Notes under the pieces: generated by a model
What the model was told of the DNA's origin: nothing
The model's input: only the letters and a program-made list of their open reading frames with translations
The model's database searches: none
In this document: positions 27,933 to 47,389 of the stretch, one piece after another
Numbering within the stretch: position 1 is the stretch's first letter
How the letters are laid out: each line of letters opens with the position of its first letter
Assembly: GCF_009914755.1 (NCBI RefSeq)
Contig: NC_060928.1
Direction: 5' to 3' (one strand)
Origin: the human T2T-CHM13v2.0 reference genome, Homo sapiens
DNA: 64,000 nt
Translations under genes and position numbers: made by a program

Positions 27933-28197
27933 GAAGCCATCTTGACCAAAAAAGTAAACAAAGCTGGAGGAATCACACTACCAGATTTCAAAATATGTTA
28001 CAAATTTATAGTAATCTAAACAACATGGCAGTGGCTTAAAAGCAGTCACATCGACAAGAGCAATAGGATAGAAAGCCCATAAATAAACACATCTATGGTC
28101 AATTGATTTTTGAAAAAGGGGCCAAGAACACACAATGGGGAAAGGACAGTTCCTTCAATAAATGCTATTGGAAAACTAGATATTCACATGCAGCATA
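27933..28197 (+). mobile_element. L1M/L1PB ORF2 fragment
   Basis: 'aacaaagctggaggaatcacactaccagatttcaaa...caatggggaaaggacag...ttcaataaatg' is ORF2 sense. Confidence 0.85.
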
Positions 28198-28199
28198 AA

Positions 28200-30328
<2,129 letters not shown>

Positions 30329-30971
30329 AAAGTTTTCCCACTAAAGCCTCTTTTTAAAAATAGCATTTCTAATGCATGCATGATTCTCCATGCCATGGAT
30401 ACAGAAAATTTGTCTGTTTTATTTCCTCTATTTTTGTAAAATTAGGTTTCCCCCGTACCAATTTTTGCACTTAGGAAAATTACTATTATAAAATTATATA
30501 CATAAACAATTCTATGTATTTACAACTACCACTTTAAAAAAATCCATATGACTACCAGAACTTAAATTACTGGACCAAAAAGCTAGAAGCTTTCTTTTAA
30601 AATTTAGTACATATTTTTAAATTGCTTTGGGGAAAATACGAGTTTCCAGCTTATACAGCCCTAGTTTTAAAATTGTTATGTTAAATTTAAAATTCAATGT
30701 TATTATATTTATTAGTTTATTTTAACATCTAATTATTGAGTTTAATACAATTTAACATTAACTTTTAAATTTATTATTATTTCATTGTTAATTTGAAAGA
30801 TCTTAATGTGTCAATTTGTATTTCTTAAATTAATAGAAATTAGCATCTTCTCTAAATTTATAAGCTTTTTATGATCTTCATGTCTTATCTGTTCAGTCAC
30901 TTTATAATTTCATGGTACCAACATTAATTCCTTGCAGCTCTCCTTGTGCCAAGTAACATTTACTCTGTCAT

Positions 30972-31090
30972 TTTTTGCTTTATTATTTGTATAAATTTAT
31001 GGGGTACAAGTGTAATTTTATTATATGGATGTAGAGTATAGGGATGAAGTTAAGGCTTTTAGTGTATCCATCATCAGAATAATGCACATG
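30972..31090 (-). mobile_element. L1MA extreme 3' end (short insertion)
   Basis: 'tttgtataaatttatggggtacaagtgtaatttt...gcttttagtgtatccatca' is an L1MA tail antisense. Confidence 0.75.
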
Positions 31091-31566
31091 TGCTTGTTTT
31101 AAAATTGCATTTGTAATATTTAGGCCTTCTAAGTTTTAAATTTTTATGTGATCTAATCTACCTGTTGTCTTTGTGATTTTCCCTTCATTGCCTATAAATT
31201 CAATAATTTTGAGTTTAGAAAATTATTGCCTAGACCCAGAGTCAAAACATATGCATTTCTATTTTCTTATGGTTTTTCAAAACTTTGATTAAGAAAAAAA
31301 AAGTTTAACTATTTAAAGCTAAAACTTATTATGGTATGAAATATAATTTCTAAAGTACTTTTTATATACCCCATTTATTCATTCATTTTATAAATAATTA
31401 TTTAGTGTTATACTCTACATTAAGCTGTTAGGAAGTCAGTGAACAAAGCAGAAAAAGTGGCCTTAAGAACTTAAATTCTAGCTAGAGGGAGACAGAGATG
31501 CTGTTAGGTAGATAGATGTAAACACACACACTGCACCACCCCTCCACCCACACACACGTTTCTTTT

Positions 31567-31572
<6 letters not shown>

Positions 31573-31598
<26 letters not shown>
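31573..31598. repeat. (TG)n microsatellite
   Basis: About 13 TG units. Confidence 0.95.
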
Positions 31599-31599
<1 letters not shown>

Positions 31600-31603
<4 letters not shown>

Positions 31604-32470
31604 TCTCAATGAAGTAGGAAGCAAAATCAACTACTACTAGATGGGAGAGGAGAAGGTATAAATTGTCATGTAGGAGGGTGGCAGAATAGAGGTACTAGGA
31701 AAATACAGTATGATTTCCTGGCAGCCTGGAGTTCCCACTTGAACTTAGTGATCATTAATTATTCAGCATGATTGTATATTTTTCTCCAGCTCCATTCAGC
31801 TGCAAAGCTTTAAGTATGAAGTGGGCAGAGAGTTGAATTTACTCAGGTTTGTGTATTTTCCAAGTGAGCATCAGTAAGCCAGAGAGAAGCGAGGGAGTAG
31901 AGGGTGTATATACAAGGGAATGATTATGATGATGGACCATGGAATTAAAGATGGTAACAAAGAGTGTGAAAGTATCAAAGGGGTAAGGGACAATTAAGTG
32001 TATAGGAATAATCCATTGGTGTAAGTGAAGAATTATTGGAGTAGGAGTACTAGAAGAATTTAGCTGAAAAGTTGGGACATTGAGGTTATCATGGGGTTGC
32101 AGTTTTTCGTAATGACAAGACACTGGCATGCTTCTGAGAGTGAATACCTCCTTAAACTTCATACTTGCCTCTTCCTAGTTCTAACCCCACTGTCTACATG
32201 AATATTGAAATGGTCCAAGATAAGAAGGCAGTATTATCGGATAGAATAACAACGAACTAGGAGATAAACTTGTTGAAATATGAGAAAGAATGTCTTGGAG
32301 AACAGCAGATGACAGAAAAATGAGAGAAAGAAGATGATATTCTGTGATGAAATGAGACTCTTTAGGAAGGAGAAAGGGAAATTTGCCGGCAAGCAGCAAT
32401 GATCACAAACTCCACCCCCAGGCTCAGTGGAATAATCCCCAATAAAGGAAGCACAAACCACAGAAAACAG
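31600..32470 (-). mobile_element. L2 ORF2-region fragment
   Basis: 'tattctcaatgaagtaggaagcaa...gtgattatgatgatggaccatggaattaaag' is L2 antisense, complementary in character to the 60-900 segment. Confidence 0.6.
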
Positions 32471-33033
32471 AAAAGTAGTAATGATGCTAAATGTTCATGA
32501 GACTGGAACCTGGCCCTTGAGCTCCCATAACTCCATCTGTCTCAGCCTGATCTCTTTTTGTCTCAGCAATCTGCTGCCTGCTCTAGATTTCCCAGTTTGG
32601 CAAACCAACCGTTCAGTTTCTCTGGCTCTTTACTGTTTCTCTTCATCCCCCATATGATGGCTTAATTTTCCCTCTGGCCTAGCACTTGTTTTGGAAAATG
32701 CTTCTGGTAACTGACCTCTTTGTCTTGACTAAGAGATTTGTTTCTTGTGCATGGCTCGGTAGTTAGTCCAGTAAGGTGTGTACAGGAATCATGGAACATA
32801 CATTCTACCTTATTTGACTAAACACTTATAGCAAGAAAGCACACTAATGGGCTGATTAAAAAAAAAACTGATCTTGATTTCAATCACAGTAGAAAGTTAT
32901 ATAACTTGATCTCTACTGCCCATTTCATTTTCATGGAAATTTATAGTGAGATTGAAAGTAGCAAAAAACTAAATTTCTATACCAAATTCTCAGAAATAAA
33001 AATCACCAAGGGCACTGATTCTCAATCGTTCTC

Positions 33034-36626
<3,593 letters not shown>

Positions 36627-36993
36627 TTGTTCTCTTTAAAGATTACTGCTGAAATTATACCTCTTCAACCTCCAGCCAAAGAAAGGATTCAAAATTCCAT
36701 TTGTTGTTAAATAGATATTTATTTATATAAATTTACATATTTTTATAAATAATATTTCAATATCTGGTTAATGTGGTTCCAGTTTTTTAAAATCACTTGA
36801 CACTTTGAAATGTCTGACACTGTATATCACTAAGGTATATAATTTACAGTCTGTTATAATGATGTTCTTTTAACTGTTGGATCTTTGATAAGAAATATTT
36901 CTTCTTTGTCATATACATTGCAATGTATAGTTTCTTTTTAGAATTAGGAATTTGATCAATTGTTTGTTCACTTCAGTAAAAATATGACTTTCA

Positions 36994-37666
36994 CAGTAGA
37001 ATGTCAACCCACCTCCACTTACTCAACCCACTGGTAATCAAGATTCCATTCCTCTAAAACACATTAAATAATGCTGTCACCCAGTATTGTCAGCTGGCTA
37101 GTCACCCTTCTGTAGTCTTCAGTCTATAGCCTGTGCTCACTGGTTAAATTATAGGTTTACCAAGAAGCAGTTGGATTTGCCCTCAAAGTTGTTTCATTCA
37201 CTTCACTTGTTGTCATTTTAAATTTAAATAAATATTCTATAAATTATTAAGTATGCATGAAAGAAAAAAGAAAACAAATTTGTTTCTAGGAAAATTAAAC
37301 TGAATGCTCGGAAATGTCTTGATAAAGTTAAATCATAAATCGAAGTTGAATTAGGTGCAGAAAAAAATCTAAAAATTTAAGAAATGTTTTTTTCTTCTAA
37401 GGGCTTTAAATTTTAACTCCACTTTTACAGAATTCACTATTGAAAATTGTAACTGATGTATTGTGATTGTAATTTATTCAAAAAGGAGAGCAAGTAACTA
37501 AGTAAAAGGCCTTGCCTATGAGAATTTGATGAAGAAATGTGCCTTTATATTCTTTCAGTTAAAATAACCTTTAAAAATATGTTATATTTTATGATTCCCT
37601 TTAAATCTATATTTTAGATTAACAGATTAACAAAAGTTTGTAATCTTGGATAGAATGGCACTACCG
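36994..37666 (+). mobile_element. Tigger13a-like TcMar-Tigger element
   Basis: Ends cagtaga... / ...ctaccg-ta; internal 'gaaagaaaaaag...gtttctaggaaaattaaactgaatgctcggaaatgtcttgataaag...gttgaattaggtg' resembles a pogo/CENP-B-type transposase N-terminus. Confidence 0.55.
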
Positions 37667-39269
37667 TATAATTAAATGCTGATTCATCTGACTCCAAATC
37701 CTTTGCTTTTTACCACTATAGTAACATTCAATTCTTGCCTAATTTTTCATACCTTAAAACAAACAAACAAAGGACAACAACAACAAAAACCTTTTTTTTT
37801 ATATTACCTTCTAGACAAACCCTAATTTTTCTTCTTTTCAAAGTTAAGTTCCTCAAAATAATCTACTATGATTTCTTCCTCCATTCACTCTATAAGTTGC
37901 AGCAGCCAAAGTTCTGACAAATAAGTAACTCTGGCCAAGGCCTGGAACTGCTGTTGAAAAGTCCACCCATGAGCCTTTCAATTAGACTTTTCTAATGGGT
38001 TCTATTCATCCCCATCTTGTTCGATTTCAGTAGTATTTTAGATGGTTGGCTGTTTTCTTCCTCTTCAAAATGTCTCCTTTCTTGGTAATTCCTTCTACAG
38101 CACTGCGTTTTTTTGTTTTTTTTTGTTTTCCTCAGTCTCTTGCAGGACTTCTCTTCGTATTTACTTATTTGTCTCAGGATTTGTCAATGGCTCTTTTATG
38201 TCCCTTTCTTTCATTCATTTTTCTGATTATAAAAGTAAAATATGGCCATTATAGAATATTAGAAATTAAATACTATCTTGAAATCAACACAAAACTTAAA
38301 ATTATGTATAATCATGCCACCTATCAATTACTACTGTCACATACTGATTATTTTCTCTGCCTTTTTATGCCTAACAGTGCTTAACAGAAAGGAAATGATA
38401 CTCATATTTAGTTTTGTTTTCTACTTTTTTCACTAAATATTATTTTATAAAATTTCCAACATTATTAAATATTTCTTGAAAATGTGATTTTTATAGCTGA
38501 ATAACATTTTATAAATTTGTGATGGTTTAAGCATTCTGCCTTCCTTACTGACATTTAACTTGCTTCCATATGTATTTATTTTTAACTCAAAATAAAAATT
38601 TTACTTTTTTAACAGTAGAGTTTAATTCACATTTATTGTCATAACCAATGTAACTTCCTTCTCTTTTCAATAAAGGTAAGAGAGTGTTTTTTCCAAACAC
38701 ACACCAGAGAATGTATTTCTGTTTTTCTTCTCACAAATAGTTAACTCTTGGCTTGGCACGGAATTCTTAAGTCATATTTTTGCCCTATGAAAACTTGATA
38801 TTTCAGATTATGTTCTGAAATTTAGCATTGTGAAGCAGAAATATCTAGTCACCATGTTTTTATTTATACAGGAATATTTTTTCTTCCCATCTGTTTGCTT
38901 ATAAAAACTTTTATTCACCTATGAACTTAACAATATTTACTAGGCTATGTCTGGATTGATTATCCAAAATTAACCCTGGTAGAGTAACTTCATCAAGAGC
39001 CAACAGTGAAGAGTCATCAGCATTGACATCTTTTTCTAAAGTCATAAAACCAGGATGTTCTTAATGCAGAACTGGCTGACTACCAAATAACAGTATTATT
39101 AAATATATAGATGCTGACAAGCATTCTTCAGATTTATGTAGCAATTTATACTTACAGAGAACTTGACAAATATGAAGATACATACATAATTCAACTCTGA
39201 CCCAAGAATTATTTATTTGTTCATTTTTATGTTTCCTAGTTATAATATGTTTATATATAACTTAATGAT

Positions 39270-39480
39270 TTACAGGAACCTGCAAGAACATCATTTAATT
39301 TGATTCTCATCACAACTATGAGAGGGAAGTTTGGCTATTGCTTCCCTATTTTATGGATAAGAGAAATGATCCCCAAAGCAATTCAGTTACTTTCCCAACT
39401 TTGTCCAACTACTAAGTCTTGGAGTAAGATTTGCAACCAGGTATTTTGTTTCCAAACAGTTTGTTATTCCCATTATTTTG
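39270..39480 (-). mobile_element. MIR SINE
   Basis: 'tttgattctcatcacaactatgagagg...cctattttatggataagagaaatga' MIR core. Confidence 0.6.
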
Positions 39481-40309
39481 GATTTTTTTACATAATTTAT
39501 ATAATTATGAGCCCAAAAGACAGAAAAGGAGCCCCTGTGGACTGTAGCAAGAATGGGTGTGATTCTCAGTATGTGCTGATAGGTTTCATACTATCCACCT
39601 GGAATCTCACCACACTGGCATGATTATACAGGCCCTTAAAGAACTTATTTTTCTTCAGAAAGCCCATATAAAACACAGATTTTCAATAAAATTACAACTA
39701 ATTTTTTTAAGGGAGCATTTGTTAGTAGGCGAAAAGAATAACAACTAGTGCAAGAAATGTATGTTGACCAAAAAAAAAACAAAACAAAAAAAAAGGAAGG
39801 AGGTAATTGTTGAAAGAGAATAGGCCCATATATATATTTTTTTCTATTTCATTAGATACCTCTTGTATTACTTCTACTTGAAGATTCTGTAATACTTTAA
39901 ATATGTTATAATTCACATGCTTTGAATTGTCACCTGATATAAAGTAGTTTCTTCATAATTTAAATACAAAATATTTTAAATTTGATAGGCACTACACTAT
40001 AAATCCCCCAAATATATATATTTTTAGGAGATTTTCATATTAAATACTTTATAGCATTGCTAAAAATTAGAACATTTTCTATATATATATGGTGTACACA
40101 TTTTTAAGGTAATAAAAATTAGGACACATTATATTGTAACAAGTGTGTAAGTTTTGTACCACATGAAAGTTGATACACTTGCCATTTGATTACTACAATA
40201 TACCCATTATGACTAAATAGTATTGCAGTAAAAGGGTTCTTTACTTTCAGGGTATTTTACTTGCACTTTTTGCATTTACTTGTGTTGGTTTTTTAAGCTC
40301 CATTTTCCA

Positions 40310-40570
40310 CAGACTCATGCTAAAGGGGCCAGGTGACAACCTCACACTCAATGCATTACATTACAAAAGAAGAACTCTGAACTTATGAATCCTCTCTTAT
40401 GGACAGATGTGATGCCTCCCCTTTGCTCTGGAGGAAAACACTATCTCTATCTTCCAAGGATATTTGCTATATAATAATCTTTAAAAGACAGCTGAGAACA
40501 AAGGAAAGTTAGTACTTCACTCTTAAGATGTGCAGAAACACAAGGTACCCATGAAAAATTGTCTCCCCCA
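40310..40570 (-). mobile_element. MER34/MER39-like ERV1 LTR fragment
   Basis: 'cccctttgctctggaggaaaacactatctctatcttccaagg...aagatgtgcagaaacacaagg...aattgtctccccc' resembles a MER34-family LTR antisense. Confidence 0.6.
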
Positions 40571-41179
40571 AATCATTTGAAATACAGTTAGAACTTTGTG
40601 ATAATTTCTGACTATATAAGATAAATACTGAACTACATATTCATATTAGCATTGTTGAGATATATGACCTTGCCTTTCTTTTACAGCTTTAATAGTTTAT
40701 GTCTGGTAACAATGTCTGTGTGGTTCAAGATTAGGAATCTATTCTTCAGCTTCTCAAATATACAAAGTAAATAGCTATATGATGCCTGAATTAGTTTTGA
40801 ACATTATTAAAGCTAACTTATATCTTTTTTTTATCTTGCCACTGACTGGCATTTATCTCAATCAGAATGCAAAAAAACACAAGACATAAGAAAACATTGC
40901 TTGGGAAAATTAGTATTATGTTCACTAAATGTATATTTAAACATTTTTTGAAATTATCTTATTCTCATCATTATATGAAAACTTACATAAAATTATGGTA
41001 TGATAACTTATGAAAATCATGGAAAATATTGTTTGTTAAGCAAAATTCAAATTCACATGTATTAAAATATTTGTAACTGATATGCACATATATACATATA
41101 TCGATATACTAGATATTATTGAGAATGTTTACATTTTCCAAAAAGAGAAATCACTCCAGTGTTCCACTATAAAACTAAT

Positions 41180-41500
41180 GCAGCTCATCAATATATTTTA
41201 TATAGAGTATATATTAAAAAGTAAATATATATCTACTTGTATAGTGTACATATATACTATGCATATACATGTATAGTATATATGTATAATATATACAGTA
41301 TATATTATAAGTGTACATTGGACATGCATATATGTACATGTGTACACTTGTAATATATACTGTATGTAATATGTAGTTTCTAATACATACTGTATATATT
41401 ACACATATATACTACATGTGCATATATAATATACACAGTATATGATCATATATATTAAGTAACATATACACTATAATACACAGATTATATATATTTTAAT
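41180..41500. repeat. AT-rich (TA)n-derived low-complexity block with inverted repeats
   Basis: Degenerate TATA/TACA/TGTA units; inverted arms at 41293-41317 and 41341-41365. Confidence 0.8.
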
Positions 41501-43864
41501 ATGGACAACTTATTTTTAATATTATCTTAGATTCTCATATTTTGGTAATACATATGATTATCTAGCATATAATTAATTAAATTCCTGCTTTTCATTCTAG
41601 TTTTAGAAGTTCTTAAATATATTTTTGCTCCTTTAAAATGAAAACAATTGGGAGGGGTTGGGGAGAAACAGAGGTGAAAGAGGCTGGAAAATACTTCTTC
41701 AAAAATAAATAAATCTATCCACTATTCAAGAATGAGTCAAACATTCATTATCACTCAAACAACTGCCAAGCAATTGAAATCCTTCTAATTGCAAGTACCC
41801 TAAACGTAGCTTATTGCCTTCCTTTCCTGTTTCCTGACTTCTCTGGGTCGTTTCATTCGCACCTTTCTTTTAGGCCATCTGGGATCCTCTGTACAACCGA
41901 GCTTTAATGCTGGACACCTGGTCTGACAATGTTTGCTTCTCTCTTTCACCTGCCAGCCCTTTGTTCCTCCCCAAGATTGAATGAGCCCTACTAGTCCTGT
42001 CAAGCATGCACACATAGCAGCTTTTCTTTCATTCAATCTTAGACTAGTCCTTAAGTTTGGTAAATCCTTTCATTACTTTGCCTTACCCATTTAGCTGTTC
42101 CATCTATTTCGTGATCTCTAGAATCTTATAATCCACATGAGAATTATATCTAGATAAATGTGATACCTCTAGAACACCAGGGTGGAAGGAAGGAAAGGCA
42201 TGACTGAAAATAAAAATCATATAAAACTCCCTGTTCTTGCTAGAAAATAGTTATAAATCATTGGGGTTTGTGCTCAAATTTAAAAATGCAAAATATACAG
42301 GATTTGATATGTGTAATCAGTACTTAGGAAAATATCATATAGCTCTTTCACAAAGCAGGTAAGCCCTACTTACCACTCAAGACATAATTTTTCACTCTTT
42401 GTCTAGTACCTCCCAGGATTTGTATCCCAGCTCTTTAGCTCCTCCTACACACAAAGCTCCTTTTACACTTCCAAAAATAATTTCTGATCTGACATCCCAG
42501 TGATATTGAGTCTATACCTCAACTTCCATCTGTTTCCCACTCTCAATTTCTATAGACTGTACAAGTAAGAATATGGTACTTGGCTTAGCATTCATTCCTT
42601 TTAATTATTCAGAAGTCTTTCCAAACTTTAGCCTTTTTCAAGTTCCTTCTTTCAGTCAATACAGACAACTTTCCTAGTTTAACTCAAACACAATTATACT
42701 TCTCAGAGGCTTCTGTTAAAATGATGTCACTCCAGTGCTCAATAAAACAAATCCAGAAAAATATTTGTCATTCTAATTGTATGAAAAAAGAAAATAAAAA
42801 TAATTATAACAAAAATTCTGTAAGCACTACTGAGTTTTATAAAAAGAAGCAAATAAGTTGGAAGGTCAAGGAATCTTATGGCAAGTCTTTAGTCAAATTA
42901 GATATTTCAATAGAACACTATGAAGAAGCCAGCTTTGGGAATGAGGTAAGGGGAGTAATTGTAAACTTTATTGAAATAATGAGGATAAGGGTCCTGTTAT
43001 TGACGGCCTCAGAACTGATAAGTTGCAACTAGGTTTTGATAACTTGCACTTGATAAGCCAGTTCCAGAAAAATATTTTCACAGTGAGTACAGGGCTCAAG
43101 AGAACACTGATTTAGTCAGGTAACCGTGGAGAAATTGTAAACACTGATTCTCTCCTACCTCCTCCTGCTCTGTAGAACTGCTCCCAGGTTCTTGCCTGCT
43201 GTTCCTCCTCCTGTTCCATGTCCCATTGCCTGTGAGAAATATCACCCATTTTCACAATTAAGTAAAGAATCAGAATTAATTAATCTCTTAATGATACAGT
43301 CTGAGAACTCAAGTGATTTTTTAAAAGTTACAAGAGAGAGAAGAGGAAAATTCTAATCCGAGAAAAAAAGAGAAAAATTTCCAAATGTAATATCTACATA
43401 TACTGTCATTTATCTGCTGCAGCATAGAGGAAGGACTATCAGTGGTGAAGGTGAATTCTAATTCACAGGAAAATATACTGGGAATGGTGTGACAAGCAAA
43501 ACTTGCAGCCTCATCTATAACTGTCTGGTATATCAAGTAAACTTAGTTAACTTGAGATTTTAAACTAAGAAACTAAATGAGCCCTCCCAACAGAACTGAA
43601 CTTTTGTGAGGCCATATGTGAAAAGTGGAAGTAAAATGATTCTTGGTTTAAAAGATAAAGATAGGGGGGAAAAAAAAGCATAGTAGCACAGAATGCCATG
43701 GAGCTCCATAACTGTGGAGAAGCCCACGGGGAGGGGGAATTTAAATGAAGGACAAAGGAGACATAGATATAAATGTACTATAGGTCACCCAGTTAGACTG
43801 AGAAAATTTCAGAGAGCAAAAAAAAAGTGTTGAAATAAGACATGCAAAGATGTTTTAACTAGTG

Positions 43865-43985
43865 ATAGGGAACCTCTGGGAAGAGAATTGCAGTGGTATG
43901 TTTCAAGGATCCTTTTATTGTCTCCATCTTGATGGACATGTTTACCAGTGACTTGGATGAGGCCATGGATGCAAGTTGATATATC
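43865..43985 (+). mobile_element. L3/CR1 RT fragment
   Basis: 'agtggtatgtttcaaggatcc...acatgtttaccagtgacttggatgag' corresponds to the CR1 SG.PQGS...F.NDLD segment. Confidence 0.55.
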
Positions 43986-45757
43986 TGCACTAAGAACAAG
44001 GTAGACAGAAATTCTAATAACTGGTTTAGATTTTCCAGTTCTTCAACTGGTCCCTCATTTTTCTTTCACTATTGCCCTTGATCTTTCCTACACTGACTCT
44101 TCCTTTCCCTTCCCATACAATCATTCCTAACAATGTTGCTATATCCATGACTATGTTTCCTAAATTATATTCACATCTTGGACCTCTGAAAATTGACTAC
44201 CACCCCCACCATCCCACCAGAGCTATCCTTGCTAATGTCCTTATTTAGGAAGGTGTCTTAGTTGTCAAGTTCGATGGACTTCTTGTGTCATACCTCATCC
44301 TATTAGCCTCTCTGGTATTCACCTCCTTTGACAAATTCATCCTTATTACATTCTCTGTCATCTCCTTTGTGTCCTTCCTCTTTAATTCCTTTAAAACATT
44401 GGAATTCCTTATAGTTCCTTTTGTCTTCTTACTCTCTGCTGCCTTTTAGAGCAATCTCACATACTTTCATGACTAAAACAAACAATGGATGCAGTCCTTT
44501 AACCCCATGTTCCAGACCAAATATCTCCTCTATGTGACATTCAACAAAACGAATTCGACAAAACTACCATTGCTTTCTACGCCTAATCTACCCTTGTCCT
44601 CCAGAAGGCATGAGCTCAAAAAATAGAAGCAGAAAACATGAGTCATCTATACTAGATTATAAATTCCTTCCCAACCTCATGCTCTATGTTCAGTGAAGTG
44701 TTGGAAATCAGTTGAGTATAGTTAACCAGCTATAGTGTTTGTAGCAACAAGGAATGCAATTTGATTGCAGGTTACTTCAATTCTTATAAAATCTTCATTA
44801 AAATATCATCTTTACAAAACATCAAAAGGGCAATTTCAAATTCTGAGTGTTCATTTTCTCGGTGAATTACTGTCTTTATTTTGCATTATTCTTATGTTCA
44901 TTATGTCAAAAAGTTTACACACTTAATTTTCTTTCTTGTATCATTCATATTTTAAGGTTAGAAAGTTTGTGGTCTGTAAAGGCCATCTTCCTACATTAGG
45001 AAACTACTGATTATTTCTATGTATAAAATTTCAGGTTTGGCCTTTCGAGGAAAACAACGCATCTTAATTTTAAAATAGATGTTCTTATAAAGGATATATT
45101 TTACTTTTTACTGATATTTGGATGATATAAACATTCACGTATTCTTATTTGATAATTATTTGAGGGGTGCCATAAAGGATTCATCTACAACTATACAAAA
45201 CTTCCTTCTCCCTCTTATATGCAACCTTTCTAAAGTAGGAAGAGAAGAGCTGGGTTGCCAGATTCCAAACACACATGAAAACCATTGCACCTAAATTTAG
45301 AATTTTAAAAAATCTTTTCCATATTCCAATTTGGCTTTGATAAAATTTGAATTCTGAGCTACACTTTAAAAGTTATTCTTTTTTTTCTCTATCTAGGCTT
45401 AGGAGTAGGGTAATGCTGTTCATGAAGCTATGTCATTATGTGTGTTAAGTCTAATTCTACAGAGGAAGTGAGCTGTTATAAAATCAAAGTATGTTCATTG
45501 GATTTGATGTAAGAATTAGAATGGTAGAGAGAGAAGGAGAAGATTATTTTATTCCATTCATGAATAACAGAGAAAATGGTCTCTCCTGCATGTCCTCTTG
45601 ACTTATATACCATGAGCATGGAAGCATAGATATGAGAAAATTGAAAATAACTGGTTGACCACAAATAAACAGTGATTCTTATTTCCAACATTCCAACCAT
45701 AGCTTTTTCCACTCAAAATACGCAAGAGTTCTGTTACCTGGGAGATCTTTCTCCCCT

Positions 45758-46200
45758 TGTATCATTTAGCTATTGTTATGTAATAATCCTCCTCATCCAG
45801 CCCCCTTCCCCCAAGAAAATCTCAGTGGCTTAAAACAATAAGCATTTATTATTTTGCATGAATCTGTAAGTCATCTGAGTGTTTTGGGTGTGTGGGGTCT
45901 TAGATGGGCTCACTCAGTCATACACCTGTGGTCAGCTGCAGATTAAGTAGGTACCTCTGATAATCCAGGCAGATCTCTTTCACATGACTAATTAGCGATA
46001 AGCATGTGTAGGTCAATAATTCTCCATCAGCCTAGCCCAAGCTCAAGGAGGAGGCAAGAGCAGAAGTGCACAAGGCCTCTTCAGGCCTAGGCTCAGAACA
46101 GGCACACCTTCACTTCTGTCTCATTCTTGGCCTAGATTTAAGGGGTGGACGATGGACTCCACTTATTGTTGGAAGGAGCTGCAAAATATATTACAAGGAG
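45758..46200 (-). mobile_element. MLT1 (MaLR) LTR
   Basis: 'tgtatcatttagctattg...aaaatctcagtggcttaaaacaataagcatttatt...ggcctaggctcagaacaggcacaccttcacttctg'. Confidence 0.8.
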
Positions 46201-46202
46201 AT

Positions 46203-47316
46203 TTGTTCCAGTTACTATTGTGAATAATAACATATTCCAAAACATAATGGCTAAAAACAATTTATGTTTCTCACAGATTCTGGGGGTCAGGAATTTAGAC
46301 AAAAGTGCAGTGGCTGTCCTTTACTGGTTTCAGGAAGACTTGAAGCTTAGGAGTAGCTTGGCAGCTGGAGGCTAGAATCATCTGAAGGCTCATTCATTCA
46401 CAGGCCTGGGACCTGGGCTGTGGAGATTCAAAGATGAGTAGTGTTGATTGGGTAGCCTCCATGTGGCCTCTCCATGTAGTTTGGCTTCCACATAGTATAG
46501 TGGACACAAGGGACTCAGACTTCTTATGTGGTAGTTCAGGGCTCCAAGCCCAGGACTCCAAGACGGAAGCTGAATTGCCTTTTATAACATATCTTTAGAA
46601 GTCATACAGCAGCAATTCCATCATATTTAATTAATCAAGGCAATAGAAGCTAGATTGAAAAGGAGAAGAATCAGCCTCCATTTCAACAGAATGTCAAAAC
46701 CATGTTGGAGAAAATTATGTGCGGCAGGAGATATTGTTGCAGTCATTTTAAAAAAATACAGTCTGCTGTAATCTGCATTTTAGCCTCACCAATTTACATT
46801 CCTTCTATATGCAAAATACACTCACCTCACCCCCCAAAACCTCTATTAGGATGTCAACTTAAAGACCAACAGTTCATTATTTAAATCAGGTCCAGGTGTG
46901 GATGAGGCTCCTTGAATATGATTCGTTGCGTTAGACTCTTAAAGTTTCTCTAGTTTTCTCTAATTCTGAGGATCTGTGAACTAAAGAGGACCCCTGTCAG
47001 GCTGCTATGGAACAACGCACTCAAGAGTCTAAGGAGACCTAATATTTAACAGAGAAGTTTTGGGAGGCATGGCCTTGTGTACTTAGAAAAACTTTCATCT
47101 GTGTGAAAGGGTTTATGAAGCATCATTGTTAATCTTTCTGAGGTGTGAACAAAGGGTTATATTGTGAGGTCATTGGTTTTATCTTGACCCTATTAGCTGA
47201 AACAGTTATGAGCCCACTCTGCCTCTTGATGGGGAAGTAAAAATGTTATATTATAATAAGACATGTGATTTAGGAGATATTGGTGCTATCATCTTTGGAA
47301 AACATAACCTGCCATA
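46203..47316 (-). mobile_element. Second MLT1 element: LTR, short internal remnant and LTR end
   Basis: LTR 46203-~46768 ('tctcacagattctgggggtcaggaattt', 'ctggaggctagaatcatctgaaggctc'); MaLR-internal-like 'aatttacattccttctatatgcaaaatacactcacc'; repeated LTR end 'ggagatatt...tttggaaaacataacctgccata' at ~47270-47316. Confidence 0.7.
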
Positions 47317-47389
47317 GAGTGAAACCAGGAGGTTAAGTGAGTGGGATATAAACCTGATTAATCTACCGTACCCTCTTAAAAAGTTATTG

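Noticed and set aside
43084-43119. 36-nt micro-exon (cacAG...GTaacc); also the isolated donor at ~48703 and acceptor at ~41872
   Set aside because: Splice-like words occur often by chance, and there is no supporting peptide or partner exon.
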